From: an uncultured Opitutia bacterium
GTDB taxonomy: Bacteria > Verrucomicrobiota > Verrucomicrobiia > Opitutales > Puniceicoccaceae
NCBI GenBank assembly: GCA_913056175.1
Contig: CAJXLM010000004.1
Location: 23,189-87,188, forward strand
Reading direction: 5' to 3'
DNA: 64,000 bases
In this document: positions 17,317 to 25,704 of the stretch, in pieces
Position numbering within the stretch: position 1 is the first letter of the stretch
Layout: the number at the start of each line of letters is the position of its first letter
Position numbers and translations under genes: made by a program
The notes under the pieces: generated by a model
The model's database searches: none
What the model was told of the DNA's origin: nothing
The model's input: the letters and a program-made list of their open reading frames with translations, nothing else

Positions 17317-17693
17317 GAAGGGCCGGGAGACTGACCGGGGGCGACCGGGCGGCGGTGGAGAATTTCCTCGGCCTCCCCCCGCCCGCCGTGCGCCGCCACC
17401 GGCTCCCCCGTTCGCTCGGGAGCCTGGTGGAGGCATGGCTGCCGGCGGAAGCCCCCGCGGCGGAAGCCAGCCCCACCCGCACCCTCCTCGACTCCTGGGA
17501 GGACCTCCTCGGGCCGGCGAGGGCCCGCCGCTGCCATCCGGTGCGGCTGCGGCCCGACGGGGTCCTCGTGGTGGCGGTCTCCAATCCGGTGCTCCGCCAG
17601 GAACTCTCGTGGGAGAAGCGCGACCTGCTCGCCGCCATCCGGGCGCTGCCCGGCTGCGGGCAGGTCCGCCGCCTCCTCCTTCGCTCCGCCTAG
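17313..17693 (+). CDS. DUF721 (DciA-like) domain protein
   Basis: The GTG at 17313 overlaps the pgl stop (GTGA). ...LLDSWEDLLGPARARRCHPVRLRPDGVLVVAVSNPVLRQELSWEKRDLLAAIRAL matches the DUF721 pattern (W..ivG..la.ht.p..l..g.L.V.v.s..w.qeL.....eil..l). Confidence 0.6.
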   Translation: MRRAGRLTGGDRAAVENFLGLPPPAVRRHRLPRSLGSLVEAWLPAEAPAAEASPTRTLLDSWEDLLGPARARRCHPVRLRPDGVLVVAVSNPVLRQELSWEKRDLLAAIRALPGCGQVRRLLLRSA

Positions 17694-17700
17694 GGCCACC

Positions 17701-18063
17701 GTGACCTACTGGGGCTACCACCTCGTCTTCACCCTCCCGCTCCTCGGGTGGCTCTGGTACTGGCACCGGCACCGCTTGCGCCCGGGACCGGTGGCCAGCT
17801 GGCTGGCGGTCCTCGCCATCGTGGTCCTCTTCACGACCCCCTGGGACAACTACGCGGCGGCGCTCGGGATCTGGGGCTTCGGGGAAGGGGTCTCCCTTTT
17901 TTACCCCTTTGCCGATCTCGCCGGACAAACCCAGCTGCTCGGGCACATCCCGATCGAGGAGTACAGCTTCTTCGTGATCGAGGCGACCCTCGTCTGCCTG
18001 GTGACCTTCTTCTTCCTGCCGAAGCAGCCGCGCCCTCGGAAGTCCCGCCGCCCGCGGGCCTAG
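17701..18063 (+). CDS. lycopene cyclase domain-containing protein (CrtYc/Yd-type half-size)
   Basis: 120 aa, 3 TM, with the hallmark TTPWDNY and PIEEYSFFVIEA motifs. GTG start. Confidence 0.65.
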   Translation: MTYWGYHLVFTLPLLGWLWYWHRHRLRPGPVASWLAVLAIVVLFTTPWDNYAAALGIWGFGEGVSLFYPFADLAGQTQLLGHIPIEEYSFFVIEATLVCLVTFFFLPKQPRPRKSRRPRA

Positions 18064-18626
18064 CCGGACTGGCGCTGCCGCTCGCGCTCGCGGTACTCGG
18101 CGAGGTTGCGGGTGAAGAGGCGAAGGTCCTCCCCGAGGTGGGCGATGCGCCCGGCGAGGTCCGGCGCGGGGTCCCCCCCTCCCGGGTGCCGGGGCACGTC
18201 CCCGTAGGCGTAGACAAAGCGGGGCAGGAGCACGCAGCGGAAGTCGGTCATCAGGGAATTCGCGAGGGGGAGCCCGGAGAGGTAGCTCCCCGCCCCTCCC
18301 GCGGCGAGCAGGAGGCCGACGACCTTGCCCTGCCACCCCCCGGCCCCGGTCAGCTCGATCCAGTTCTTGGCGGCCGCGTTCACGTCGTAGTTGTAGACCG
18401 GGGAGGCGAGGAGGATGCCGTCGGCCCCGCGGAGGACCTCCGCGGCCGCGGAGACGCGGGGGTCCCCGTAGGCGGCCGCCCCGTCGCAGGGGGGGAGTGC
18501 GGCGTCCCGCAGGTCGTACCAGGCCACGTCCTCGCCGGTCCCGCGCAGGTAGTCATAGGCGTGCGCGGCGAGCCAGCGGCTGCGGCTCGCCGGATGGAGA
18601 CTGCAACTGGCCACGAGGAGACGCAT
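18060..18626 (-). CDS. NADPH-dependent FMN reductase family protein
   Basis: From ATG 18626: MRLLVASCSLHPASRS...ILLASPVYNYDVNAAAKNWIE, a flavodoxin-like fold pattern. The 3' end overlaps the lycopene-cyclase-domain gene stop by 4 nt (convergent). Confidence 0.8.
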   Translation of the reverse strand: MRLLVASCSLHPASRSRWLAAHAYDYLRGTGEDVAWYDLRDAALPPCDGAAAYGDPRVSAAAEVLRGADGILLASPVYNYDVNAAAKNWIELTGAGGWQGKVVGLLLAAGGAGSYLSGLPLANSLMTDFRCVLLPRFVYAYGDVPRHPGGGDPAPDLAGRIAHLGEDLRLFTRNLAEYRERERQRQSG

Positions 18627-18648
18627 CCGGGGGAGGGAGAAACGGGGA

Positions 18649-18680
18649 GGGTTTGCCACTGCCGGAGCAGTGGCAAACCC
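18649..18680 (-). terminator. 14-bp GC-rich hairpin immediately 3' of rnpB
   Basis: GGGTTTGCCACTGC-CGGA-GCAGTGGCAAACCC is a perfect stem. On the minus strand it is followed by CUCCCCGUUUCUCCC, which is only weakly U-rich. It lies 12 nt after the P1 3' strand of RNase P RNA and 22 nt before the FMN-reductase start. Confidence 0.5.
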
Positions 18681-18692
18681 GAAACGGATCCC

Positions 18693-19066
18693 GAAGCGCG
18701 ATAAGCCGGATTCTGTTCCCCGCCGGAGCGGTTCGGCATTCATTCCTCTAGCCCGGCCCGGGCGGGCCAGGCTCCCCGGCCGATGCCGGGGTGCAGCGTA
18801 CCCGGGACCGCGGGCGGGTCACCCGGTCCCTGTTGGCCTTGCACCGGATTGGGTTTGTCGTGCCCCTTCGGTTGCCCTCCGGGCGGTGGGCTCTTACCCC
18901 ACCGTTTCACCCTTACCCCGCGGGGCGGGGCGGTCTGTTTTCTGCGACACTTTCCGTCAGCCAGCCGTCGCCCGCTGGCTGCCCCCCCTTTCGGGAGGAA
19001 TCCTACCCTGTGGTGTCCGGACTTTCCTCTCCCCCGGCGGACCGGGAGAGCGAATGCCTGCGCTTC
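18693..19066 (-). ncRNA. rnpB: RNase P RNA, bacterial type A
   Basis: The minus-strand read gives GAAGCGC...GGGGGAGAGGAAAGUCCGGACACCACAGGG...ACAGAAAACAGACCGCC...GGGUAAGGGUGAAACGGUGGGGUAAGAGCCCACC...GGUGCAAGGCCAA...ACAGAAUCCGGCUUAUCGCGCUUC. Both P4 strands are present, and the P1 ends (GAAGCGC/GCGCUUC) pair. Confidence 0.94.
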
Positions 19067-19292
19067 AAAGATCCACGAACAGCCTATCCGGGGATCCCCC
19101 TCCTGTCCACCGGGGAAGTGCGGGGCGGCGGGTGCCGGCCTCCCCTCTCCGGGAGGGGTGCCGGGCTTTCCAATTGACAGCGGGCGGGCGGAGGCCAAGA
19201 CACAAGGGCACGCGCCCACCATCCTCCCTTGCACTTTTGGCCGCGGGACGCGTCCGCCCGGCCCTCCCCTGTCCTCTTGTTGTCCATCTCCC

Positions 19293-20315
19293 GTGTTCGG
19301 ATTTCTCTCCAATGACATCGGTATCGACCTCGGCACGGCCAACAGTCTCGTCTTCGTCCGCGACAAGGGCATCGTCCTCCGCGAGCCCAGCGTAGTCGCG
19401 ATCTATTCCTCCTCCCGCAAGGTCTGCGCGGTCGGCGAGGAGGCCAAGCAGATGCTCGGGCGCACGCCCGGGACGATCACGGCCCTGCGCCCGATGAAGG
19501 ACGGGGTGATCGCGGACTTCGAGATCACCGAGGCGATGCTCAAGCACTTCATCCGGAAGGTGCACAAGGGCGTCCGCTTCGTCCCGCCCCGGGTGGTGGT
19601 GGCCGTCCCCTCGGGAATCACGGAGGTCGAGCGGCGGGCCGTCAAGGAGTCGGCCATCAACGCGGGCGCGCGGGACGTCGTTCTCATCGAGGAGCCCATG
19701 GCGGCGGCGATCGGGGTGGGCCTGCCCATCCAGGAGCCCACCGCGAACATGATCGTCGACATCGGCGGGGGCACCACGGAGGTGGCCCTCATCTCGCTGG
19801 CGGGGGTGGTCTACACCAAGAGCATCCGGGTGGGCGGGGACGAGTTGGACGCGTCCATCACCAACTACATGAAGCGGGCCTACAACCTGACGATCGGGGA
19901 AAGGACCGCGGAGGAGATCAAGATGAAGATCGGGTCGGCCGCTCCCCTGGAGAACGAGCTGACCATGGAGGTGAAGGGGCGGGACTCGGTGGCCGGCCTC
20001 CCCAAGACCATCCACATTGCCTCCCAGGAGATCCGCGAGGCGATCGCGGACACGCTCGAGGCGATCAACGACCTCGTCCGGAGCGCCCTCGAGCGCTGCC
20101 CCCCGGAGTTGTCGGCTGACCTTGTGGACCGGGGCTTCATCCTCGCCGGCGGGGGTGCCCTCATCCGGGGGCTCGACCGCATGCTCAGCGAGGGCACCGG
20201 GCTGCCCGTCCTCGTGGCCGACGACCCGCTCACCGCGGTGGCCATGGGGACCGGCAAGGTCCTCGAGGAGTTGGAGTGGCTGGTCAAGGAGATCGCCGTA
20301 CACCGCAAGGACTGA
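19293..20315 (+). CDS. mreB: rod shape-determining protein MreB
   Basis: From GTG 19293: (M)[36 protein letters not shown]..., 340 aa, actin-like ATPase motifs. The longer 510-aa ORF would run through rnpB and is rejected. Confidence 0.95.
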   Translation: MFGFLSNDIGIDLGTANSLVFVRDKGIVLREPSVVAIYSSSRKVCAVGEEAKQMLGRTPGTITALRPMKDGVIADFEITEAMLKHFIRKVHKGVRFVPPRVVVAVPSGITEVERRAVKESAINAGARDVVLIEEPMAAAIGVGLPIQEPTANMIVDIGGGTTEVALISLAGVVYTKSIRVGGDELDASITNYMKRAYNLTIGERTAEEIKMKIGSAAPLENELTMEVKGRDSVAGLPKTIHIASQEIREAIADTLEAINDLVRSALERCPPELSADLVDRGFILAGGGALIRGLDRMLSEGTGLPVLVADDPLTAVAMGTGKVLEELEWLVKEIAVHRKD

Positions 20316-20415
20316 GGTCGTGGGCGGCAGGGGCAGGCATGGGTCCGCCCGGCCCGCCGTCGTGCCGGGAATCGCCCGGACCCTTCCGGCGGCCCGCGCG
20401 TAGGAGGGCTCGCCG

Positions 20416-21267
20416 ATGGCCGGACGCAACCCCCTCCGCGATCGCCCCTTTGCGGTCCTCGCCGTCCTCATTCTCGCCTGGCTGCTGCTTCCGCCGGCGG
20501 TCCAGCGCTTTGCGGGCACGGCCTTCTCCGAGTTCCAGGCCCCGGCGGAGGAGGCCCTCTCCCGGGTGCGGGATCTCGGCCGCTACTGGTCCCTGCGGAC
20601 CCTCTCCCGGCGCGAGCTCATCGAGACGGGGCGCGAGCTGTCCCGCCTGAACGCCCTCTACCGCCTCCAGGCGGGGGAAACGGAAGCGCTCCGGCAGTAC
20701 AACGCGCGCCTGCGGGGTCTCCTCGACTTGCCGGAGCCGGTGGGCTTCCGCCGGGAAGTGGCCCGGGTGACCGGGCGGGAGCTCACCAACTGGTGGCAGT
20801 CGGTGACCATCCGCAAGGGGCGGGAAGACGGGATCCGGCCGGGCCACGGGGTGGTCTTCGCCGGGGGGGTCGTCGGCCGGGTGCGGGAAGTTTTTGCGGG
20901 GACGGCCCGGGTGGAGCTGGTGACGAGCCCGGGCTTCCGCATGGCGGCCCACTTCGAGGGGGATCGGCGGCCGGTCCGCTACGAGGGCCGCCCGGTCGGC
21001 CTGCTCACCGATCCGGAGGGGCAGGTGCGCGACGTGCCCTCGGACTTCTTTGCCTCCCCGGAGGAGCCCCTCGAGCTGGTTTCCTCGCGCCTCGGCGGGG
21101 TCTTCCCGGACGGCTTGCCCCTCGGCACCGTGGAGCGCCTGCAGACGGGCCCGAGTGGCCTCTTCCAGACGGGGCCGGTCCTCCTCGATCCCGGCCTGCT
21201 CACCCTGGAGGAGGTGGCCGTGCTGGTGCCGGAGACTCGCGGGGGACCGGGGGATGCGGAGCCATGA
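20416..21267 (+). CDS. mreC: rod shape-determining protein MreC
   Basis: N-terminal TM, coiled-coil, then a beta-barrel region with GVVFAGGVVGRVREVFAGTARVELVTS. Located directly after mreB. Confidence 0.85.
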   Translation: MAGRNPLRDRPFAVLAVLILAWLLLPPAVQRFAGTAFSEFQAPAEEALSRVRDLGRYWSLRTLSRRELIETGRELSRLNALYRLQAGETEALRQYNARLRGLLDLPEPVGFRREVARVTGRELTNWWQSVTIRKGREDGIRPGHGVVFAGGVVGRVREVFAGTARVELVTSPGFRMAAHFEGDRRPVRYEGRPVGLLTDPEGQVRDVPSDFFASPEEPLELVSSRLGGVFPDGLPLGTVERLQTGPSGLFQTGPVLLDPGLLTLEEVAVLVPETRGGPGDAEP

Positions 21268-21785
21268 GCGGGCTGCGCCCGTTCGTCGTCGTCCTCGTGG
21301 CCAACGCGGTCCTCCTCCTGCTCGTGCGGGAGGCCAACTTCTACCTGAATCCGCTGGGGCTCACCCTCTTCCCCGCCGGCCTCCTCGTCGTCTTTGCCGC
21401 CTGGCACCTCCCCGTCGGCACCGGGATGGCCGCGGTCCTCCTCACCGGCCTTCTCTGGGGGGCCCGGCTCCCCGTGCCGCTCGGGCTGATGCCCCTCTTC
21501 CTCGGGCTGGCCCACGGCCTGCTCTTCCACCTGCGCCGGCGGGTCCGCAGCCGGGACCCACTCACCGCGGCGTGGGCGGCGGCGGGAGCCAACGCCCTCC
21601 TCCTCCTGGGTTGGACCGTGGTCCTCTGGCCGGGCGAGGGGCTGGCCGCCTACACGCTGCGCTTTCTCGGGGACCTTCTCCTCTCGGAAGCCCTTGTCTT
21701 CCCGGCGGCCTACTGGTTTGTTTCCCTGCAGGAGTCGGTTCTGCACCGGTGGCGCCCCGCCCCACCCGTGGAAGAGGAAGGCTGA
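21264..21785 (+). CDS. mreD: rod shape-determining protein MreD
   Basis: 173-aa polytopic membrane protein. Its ATG overlaps the mreC stop (ATGA). The call rests on position in the mreBCD-mrdA order. Confidence 0.7.
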   Translation: MSGLRPFVVVLVANAVLLLLVREANFYLNPLGLTLFPAGLLVVFAAWHLPVGTGMAAVLLTGLLWGARLPVPLGLMPLFLGLAHGLLFHLRRRVRSRDPLTAAWAAAGANALLLLGWTVVLWPGEGLAAYTLRFLGDLLLSEALVFPAAYWFVSLQESVLHRWRPAPPVEEEG

Positions 21786-21809
21786 GCCGTCTCCTCCCGA
21801 GCAGGACGC

Positions 21810-23822
21810 ATGGCCCGCAAGCGCACGAATCCAACCTCCGGTCCCGGGGAGGCGAATGCCTCCCTCGACGTGGCCAGCCGCCGCCACCGCCGGCTCCTGC
21901 CGCTCTACGCGATCACCGGAATCCTCCTCGCGGTCCTTTTCGGCCAGCTCGGCCGCGAGCAGTTCGTGAACCGGCCGGAGTACCTCGAGCGGGAAAAACA
22001 GCAGACCCTGCGCCGGATCATCCTGCCGGCCCCGCGGGGCACCATCTACGACCGGGACGGCCGCCTGCTCGCCGGCAACCGGGCCACTTTTTCCGCCTCC
22101 GTCTTCCTCGACGAGCTTCGGCCGGCTTTCCGCGAGGAGTACATCCGCCAGGTACGGGCGGTCCGGGAGCGCGAGCGCGCGACCGGGGAGCCGGCGGAGA
22201 CCAGCAATCGCGATCTCGTCTGGCGGGCCCGCATGGCGGTGATCCGCCGGCACCTCGACACCCTCGAGGGACTCATCGGGAGGGAGTTGGATATGAGCCT
22301 GGCCACCCTGCGCGGGCACTTCCACCAGCGCATTCTCCTCCCCCTCCCGCTGGTGGAAAACCTCACCGAGGAGGAGTACGCCACGCTCATCGACCAGCTC
22401 CCGAAGGACTCGCCCATCGTGGTGGCCACGGACAGCGCCCGCTACTACCCCTACGGTCCCCTCGCGGCCCACACGCTGGGCTACGTGGTGAACCAACCGG
22501 AAGAGGTGCCTGAGGACCTGTCCGGCGACGACCTGCTGACCTTCAGCCGCTACGGCAAGCGGGGAAAGGCCGGGGTGGAGCGGGAGTTCGAGGCGGACCT
22601 GCACGGGGACAGCGGAGAGGAGGTCTGGCGGGTGGACCCGCAGGGTTTCCAGTTCGAGCGGGTCGATTTCCGGCAGCCCGTGGTCGGGGGCGATGTCTAC
22701 CTGAGCCTCGATGCGGAGGTCCAGCAGGCCGCGGAAAGGGCCCTGGACGGCTACGTGGGGGCGGCGGTGGCCCTCGATCCCCAAACCGGTGAGGTGCTTG
22801 CCCTCGCCAGCCGGCCGACCTACGACCTGAACGAGCTGACCCCGAGGATTCCCAGCCCGGTCTTTGCCCGGATCAACGAGAAGGGGGCCTGGCTGAACCG
22901 GGCGGTCCAGGGTCTCTACCCGCCGGGTTCCACCTTCAAGCCGGTGACCGCGATGGCCGCCCTGCGGGAGGACCAGGTCGAACCGGAGGAGACCCTCTGG
23001 TGCGGCACCTCCTACCTGGTGGGCAACCGCCGTTTTCCGGAGCACTCCTCCCCGGGCTTCGGGGACATCGCCCTCGAGCGGGCCCTCGCGGTCTCCTCCA
23101 ACGTCTACTTTTACCAGACGGGTCTGGCTGCCGGAGCGGAGGCGATCGCCGATACGGCCCGCGTCCTCGGGCTGGCCACCCCCACCGGGGTGGAGCTACC
23201 CTTCGAGACGGACGACATGCTCGTCCCGGATCCCGCCTGGAAGAGGGAGAATCGCGGGGAGGGCTGGTGGCCCGGGGATACCGCCAACCTCTCCATCGGG
23301 CAGGGATTCCTGCGGGTCACCCCGCTGCAGATGGCGGTCGTGGCGGCTTCCCTCGCGACCGGCGAGACGGGCATCCGGCCCACCCTCCTCCGGCGGGAGG
23401 GAGAGGGCTGGCTCGACCGGGCCACCCGCTTGCCCCTTCCCCTTTCCGAGGAGGACCGCGAGGCCATCGTAGCGGGCATGCGGGCCGCGGTGGCCGAGGG
23501 AACCGCCCGCCGGGCCCAGCTGCCGGACATCGAGGTGGCCGGGAAGACGGGAACCGCCCAGGTCTACCCGGGGGGCAAGGCGCGCACCCTCGCCTGGTTC
23601 ATCGGCTTCGCCCCCGTGCAGAATCCCCGCATCGCCTTTGCGGTGGTCACGGAGAGCCAGGAGGACGGGGTCGAGTTTGCCGGTGGTGCCCAGGCGGCCC
23701 CGATCGCCCGGGCCATGCTGGAAGCCTTCTTCGCCCAGGAGGAGGGGGTGCCGGGGGCCCCGGAGGCTCCGTTCTCGCCGCTGGTCCATCGCCTCGGGGC
23801 GCGGGAAGCCGTCGTGCAGTGA
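21810..23822 (+). CDS. mrdA: penicillin-binding protein 2 (elongasome transpeptidase)
   Basis: 670 aa with SxxK (GSTFKP), SxN (SSN) and KTG (AGKTGTAQV) motifs. PBP dimerisation domain at the N-terminus. Confidence 0.92.
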   Translation: MARKRTNPTSGPGEANASLDVASRRHRRLLPLYAITGILLAVLFGQLGREQFVNRPEYLEREKQQTLRRIILPAPRGTIYDRDGRLLAGNRATFSASVFLDELRPAFREEYIRQVRAVRERERATGEPAETSNRDLVWRARMAVIRRHLDTLEGLIGRELDMSLATLRGHFHQRILLPLPLVENLTEEEYATLIDQLPKDSPIVVATDSARYYPYGPLAAHTLGYVVNQPEEVPEDLSGDDLLTFSRYGKRGKAGVEREFEADLHGDSGEEVWRVDPQGFQFERVDFRQPVVGGDVYLSLDAEVQQAAERALDGYVGAAVALDPQTGEVLALASRPTYDLNELTPRIPSPVFARINEKGAWLNRAVQGLYPPGSTFKPVTAMAALREDQVEPEETLWCGTSYLVGNRRFPEHSSPGFGDIALERALAVSSNVYFYQTGLAAGAEAIADTARVLGLATPTGVELPFETDDMLVPDPAWKRENRGEGWWPGDTANLSIGQGFLRVTPLQMAVVAASLATGETGIRPTLLRREGEGWLDRATRLPLPLSEEDREAIVAGMRAAVAEGTARRAQLPDIEVAGKTGTAQVYPGGKARTLAWFIGFAPVQNPRIAFAVVTESQEDGVEFAGGAQAAPIARAMLEAFFAQEEGVPGAPEAPFSPLVHRLGAREAVVQ

Positions 23823-24396
23823 GTTGGCCGTGGGTTCCGAGGAGGTCCCCGAAGTAGGTCCAGCCTTCGTGGGGCCACTCCTCGTCCGCGAGTTCCCAGC
23901 GGGGATGCTCCCGCAGGCTCGCCTCGCTCCACGCGAGGAAAGCGGGGTCGTCGGTGCGGAAAAAGAGGAGGGCGCCCGGGGCGGCCGCCGCCGCCATCCG
24001 GTCGAGAAAGCCCGGCCCGGTCAGCCGGCGTTCGGCGTGGCGGGCCTTCGGCCAGGGGTCGGGGTGAAGGAGGAAGAACTGCCCCGGGCGGGTGGGAGCG
24101 GGCCAGGCCCGGAGCACTTCGGCGGCGTCCGCCTTGAGGAAGAGGGCGTTGCCGGTGGGCAGGCGGGCCGCCTTCGCCTCCGCCCGGCGGATCCGCCGGC
24201 TGAGGAGGTCGATCCCCACCCAGCGCCCTTCCGGTCGCGCCGCTGCGAGGCCGGCCAGCCAGTGGCCGTGGCCACACCCGATTTCCAGCCCGACCGGTCC
24301 TTCCGCCTCCCCGAGGAAGTCCCCGAGGATCCGGCGCAGTTCCGCCACGCGGGCCTCCGCCTGGGCCTCCGCCCATTCCCTTCCCCGGGTGGCCAT
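23647..24396 (-). CDS. trmB: tRNA (guanine-N7)-methyltransferase
   Basis: LEIGCGHGHWL SAM motif and FLLHPDPWPKARHAERRL (FPDPWxKxRHxKRR signature). The last ~59 codons form a Pro/Gly/Arg-rich tail antisense to the mrdA 3' end. Confidence 0.8.
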   Translation of the reverse strand: MATRGREWAEAQAEARVAELRRILGDFLGEAEGPVGLEIGCGHGHWLAGLAAARPEGRWVGIDLLSRRIRRAEAKAARLPTGNALFLKADAAEVLRAWPAPTRPGQFFLLHPDPWPKARHAERRLTGPGFLDRMAAAAAPGALLFFRTDDPAFLAWSEASLREHPRWELADEEWPHEGWTYFGDLLGTHGQLTARRLPAPRGDGPAARTEPPGPPAPPPPGRRRLPAWPGRSGPPGHHRQTRPRPPGSP

Positions 24397-24398
24397 CC

Positions 24399-25700
24399 TC
24401 AGGCGGCCGGGAGGGCGGCGGCCGGGGCCGCCGGGAAAAGGCACCGGAAGACGGTGCCCCGCGGCGCGCGGGCCTGCACCTCGACGGTGCCCCCGTGGGC
24501 CAGCATGGCGTGGCGGACGATGCTCAGGCCGAGGCCGGTGCCCCCGGTCGCCCGGGAGCGGCCCCGGTCGAGGCGGTAGAAACGCTGGAAAATCCGCTCC
24601 CGCGCCCGCTCGGGAATGCCCCGGCCGTCGTCGGATACGGAGAGGACGACCCGCTCGCCCTGGTCGGAGGCGGCGAGGGCGATCTCCACAAAGGTGTGCG
24701 ACTCGGCGTGCTGCTGGGCGTTTTCCACGAGATTGGTGAGGACCTGCTGGAAGAGGACGGGATCAATCTCGGCGTGGAGGGGCTCCGCCGGCAAGGCCAG
24801 GCGCAGGGGAGCCCTACCGTCCCGGCCCCCGCCCGGCTCGACCTCCGCAAAGTGGCGGATCTCCTCCTGCAGGCAGCGCCGCTCCCGGGCGAGCCCCCCC
24901 TCCTCGTTCTCGAGCCGGGAAAGGGAAAGGAGATCCTCCACGAGGCTGTGCAGGCGTTGCGCGTTCCGGTGGACCTTCTCCGCGAAGGCCTGCCTCTGCT
25001 CGGGGCGGAGGTGCTCGCCATCCTCGTGGAGGGTCTCCGCGAAACCCTGGATGACCGTGACGGGGGTGCGCAGCTCGTGGGATACGTTGGCGACGAATTC
25101 CCGCCGGATCGCCTCCAGCCTCTTCAGGCGGGTGATGTCGTGGAAGAGGAGGAGGGTCCACTCCCGCGGCGCCTCCGCCGTGGCAGGGCCCAGGGGAGCC
25201 CCGGAAATCTCCAGCCAGACCTCGGCCCGGTCCGCGAGGTCGAGCTCGAAGGAGCGGCGCTCGACGCCATGGCCGCGGCGGATGTCCGCAAGGAAACCGA
25301 GAAAGTCCGGGTGGTGGAGGAATCGCTCGATGCGACGGCCCGTCAGCGGTTGCCCCCGCAGGAAGAGGCGGTCGGCCGAACGGTTCGACAGGAGGATCCG
25401 GTTGCTCCGGTCCACCACGAGCACCCCTTCCATCATGTTACGAAAGGTGATTTCAATTTGTTCCATCTGGGAGGCGCTCCGCTCGAGGGCCCGGACGCGC
25501 TCTTCCGCCTGGGAGCGGAGGAGGTCCATCGTCTCGGCAATGCCGAGGGACTGGGCGAGGCGGTCGCGGGAGAGGAGGAGGTCCCGCTGGGCGGAGACCG
25601 CCTCCCGGAGGTCGCGGTGCAGGCGGCGGACCCGCTGCCAGCGCACCTCGTAGAGGACCACGACGAGGACGAGGAGGCTGGCGAGAAGGACGGCGAGCAC
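24399..25700 (-). CDS. sensor histidine kinase, PhoR-like (TM, PAS, HisKA, HATPase_c)
   Basis: H-box FVANVSHELRTPVTVIQGF, N-box LTNLVENAQQHA, G-boxes DDGRGIP and GGTGLGLSIV. The only plausible start is GTG 25700, 4 nt after the regulator stop, giving (M)LAVLLASLLVLVVVLY as the TM helix. Confidence 0.85.
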   Translation of the reverse strand: MLAVLLASLLVLVVVLYEVRWQRVRRLHRDLREAVSAQRDLLLSRDRLAQSLGIAETMDLLRSQAEERVRALERSASQMEQIEITFRNMMEGVLVVDRSNRILLSNRSADRLFLRGQPLTGRRIERFLHHPDFLGFLADIRRGHGVERRSFELDLADRAEVWLEISGAPLGPATAEAPREWTLLLFHDITRLKRLEAIRREFVANVSHELRTPVTVIQGFAETLHEDGEHLRPEQRQAFAEKVHRNAQRLHSLVEDLLSLSRLENEEGGLARERRCLQEEIRHFAEVEPGGGRDGRAPLRLALPAEPLHAEIDPVLFQQVLTNLVENAQQHAESHTFVEIALAASDQGERVVLSVSDDGRGIPERARERIFQRFYRLDRGRSRATGGTGLGLSIVRHAMLAHGGTVEVQARAPRGTVFRCLFPAAPAAALPAA

Positions 25701-25704
25701 GGTT

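Noticed and set aside
18783-19292. N-terminal 170-aa extension of the mreB ORF (the 510-aa version).
   Set aside because: The extension runs straight across the RNase P RNA gene on the opposite strand and is Pro/Gly/Cys-rich. A GTG at 19293 gives a canonical MreB N-terminus ([17 protein letters not shown]).
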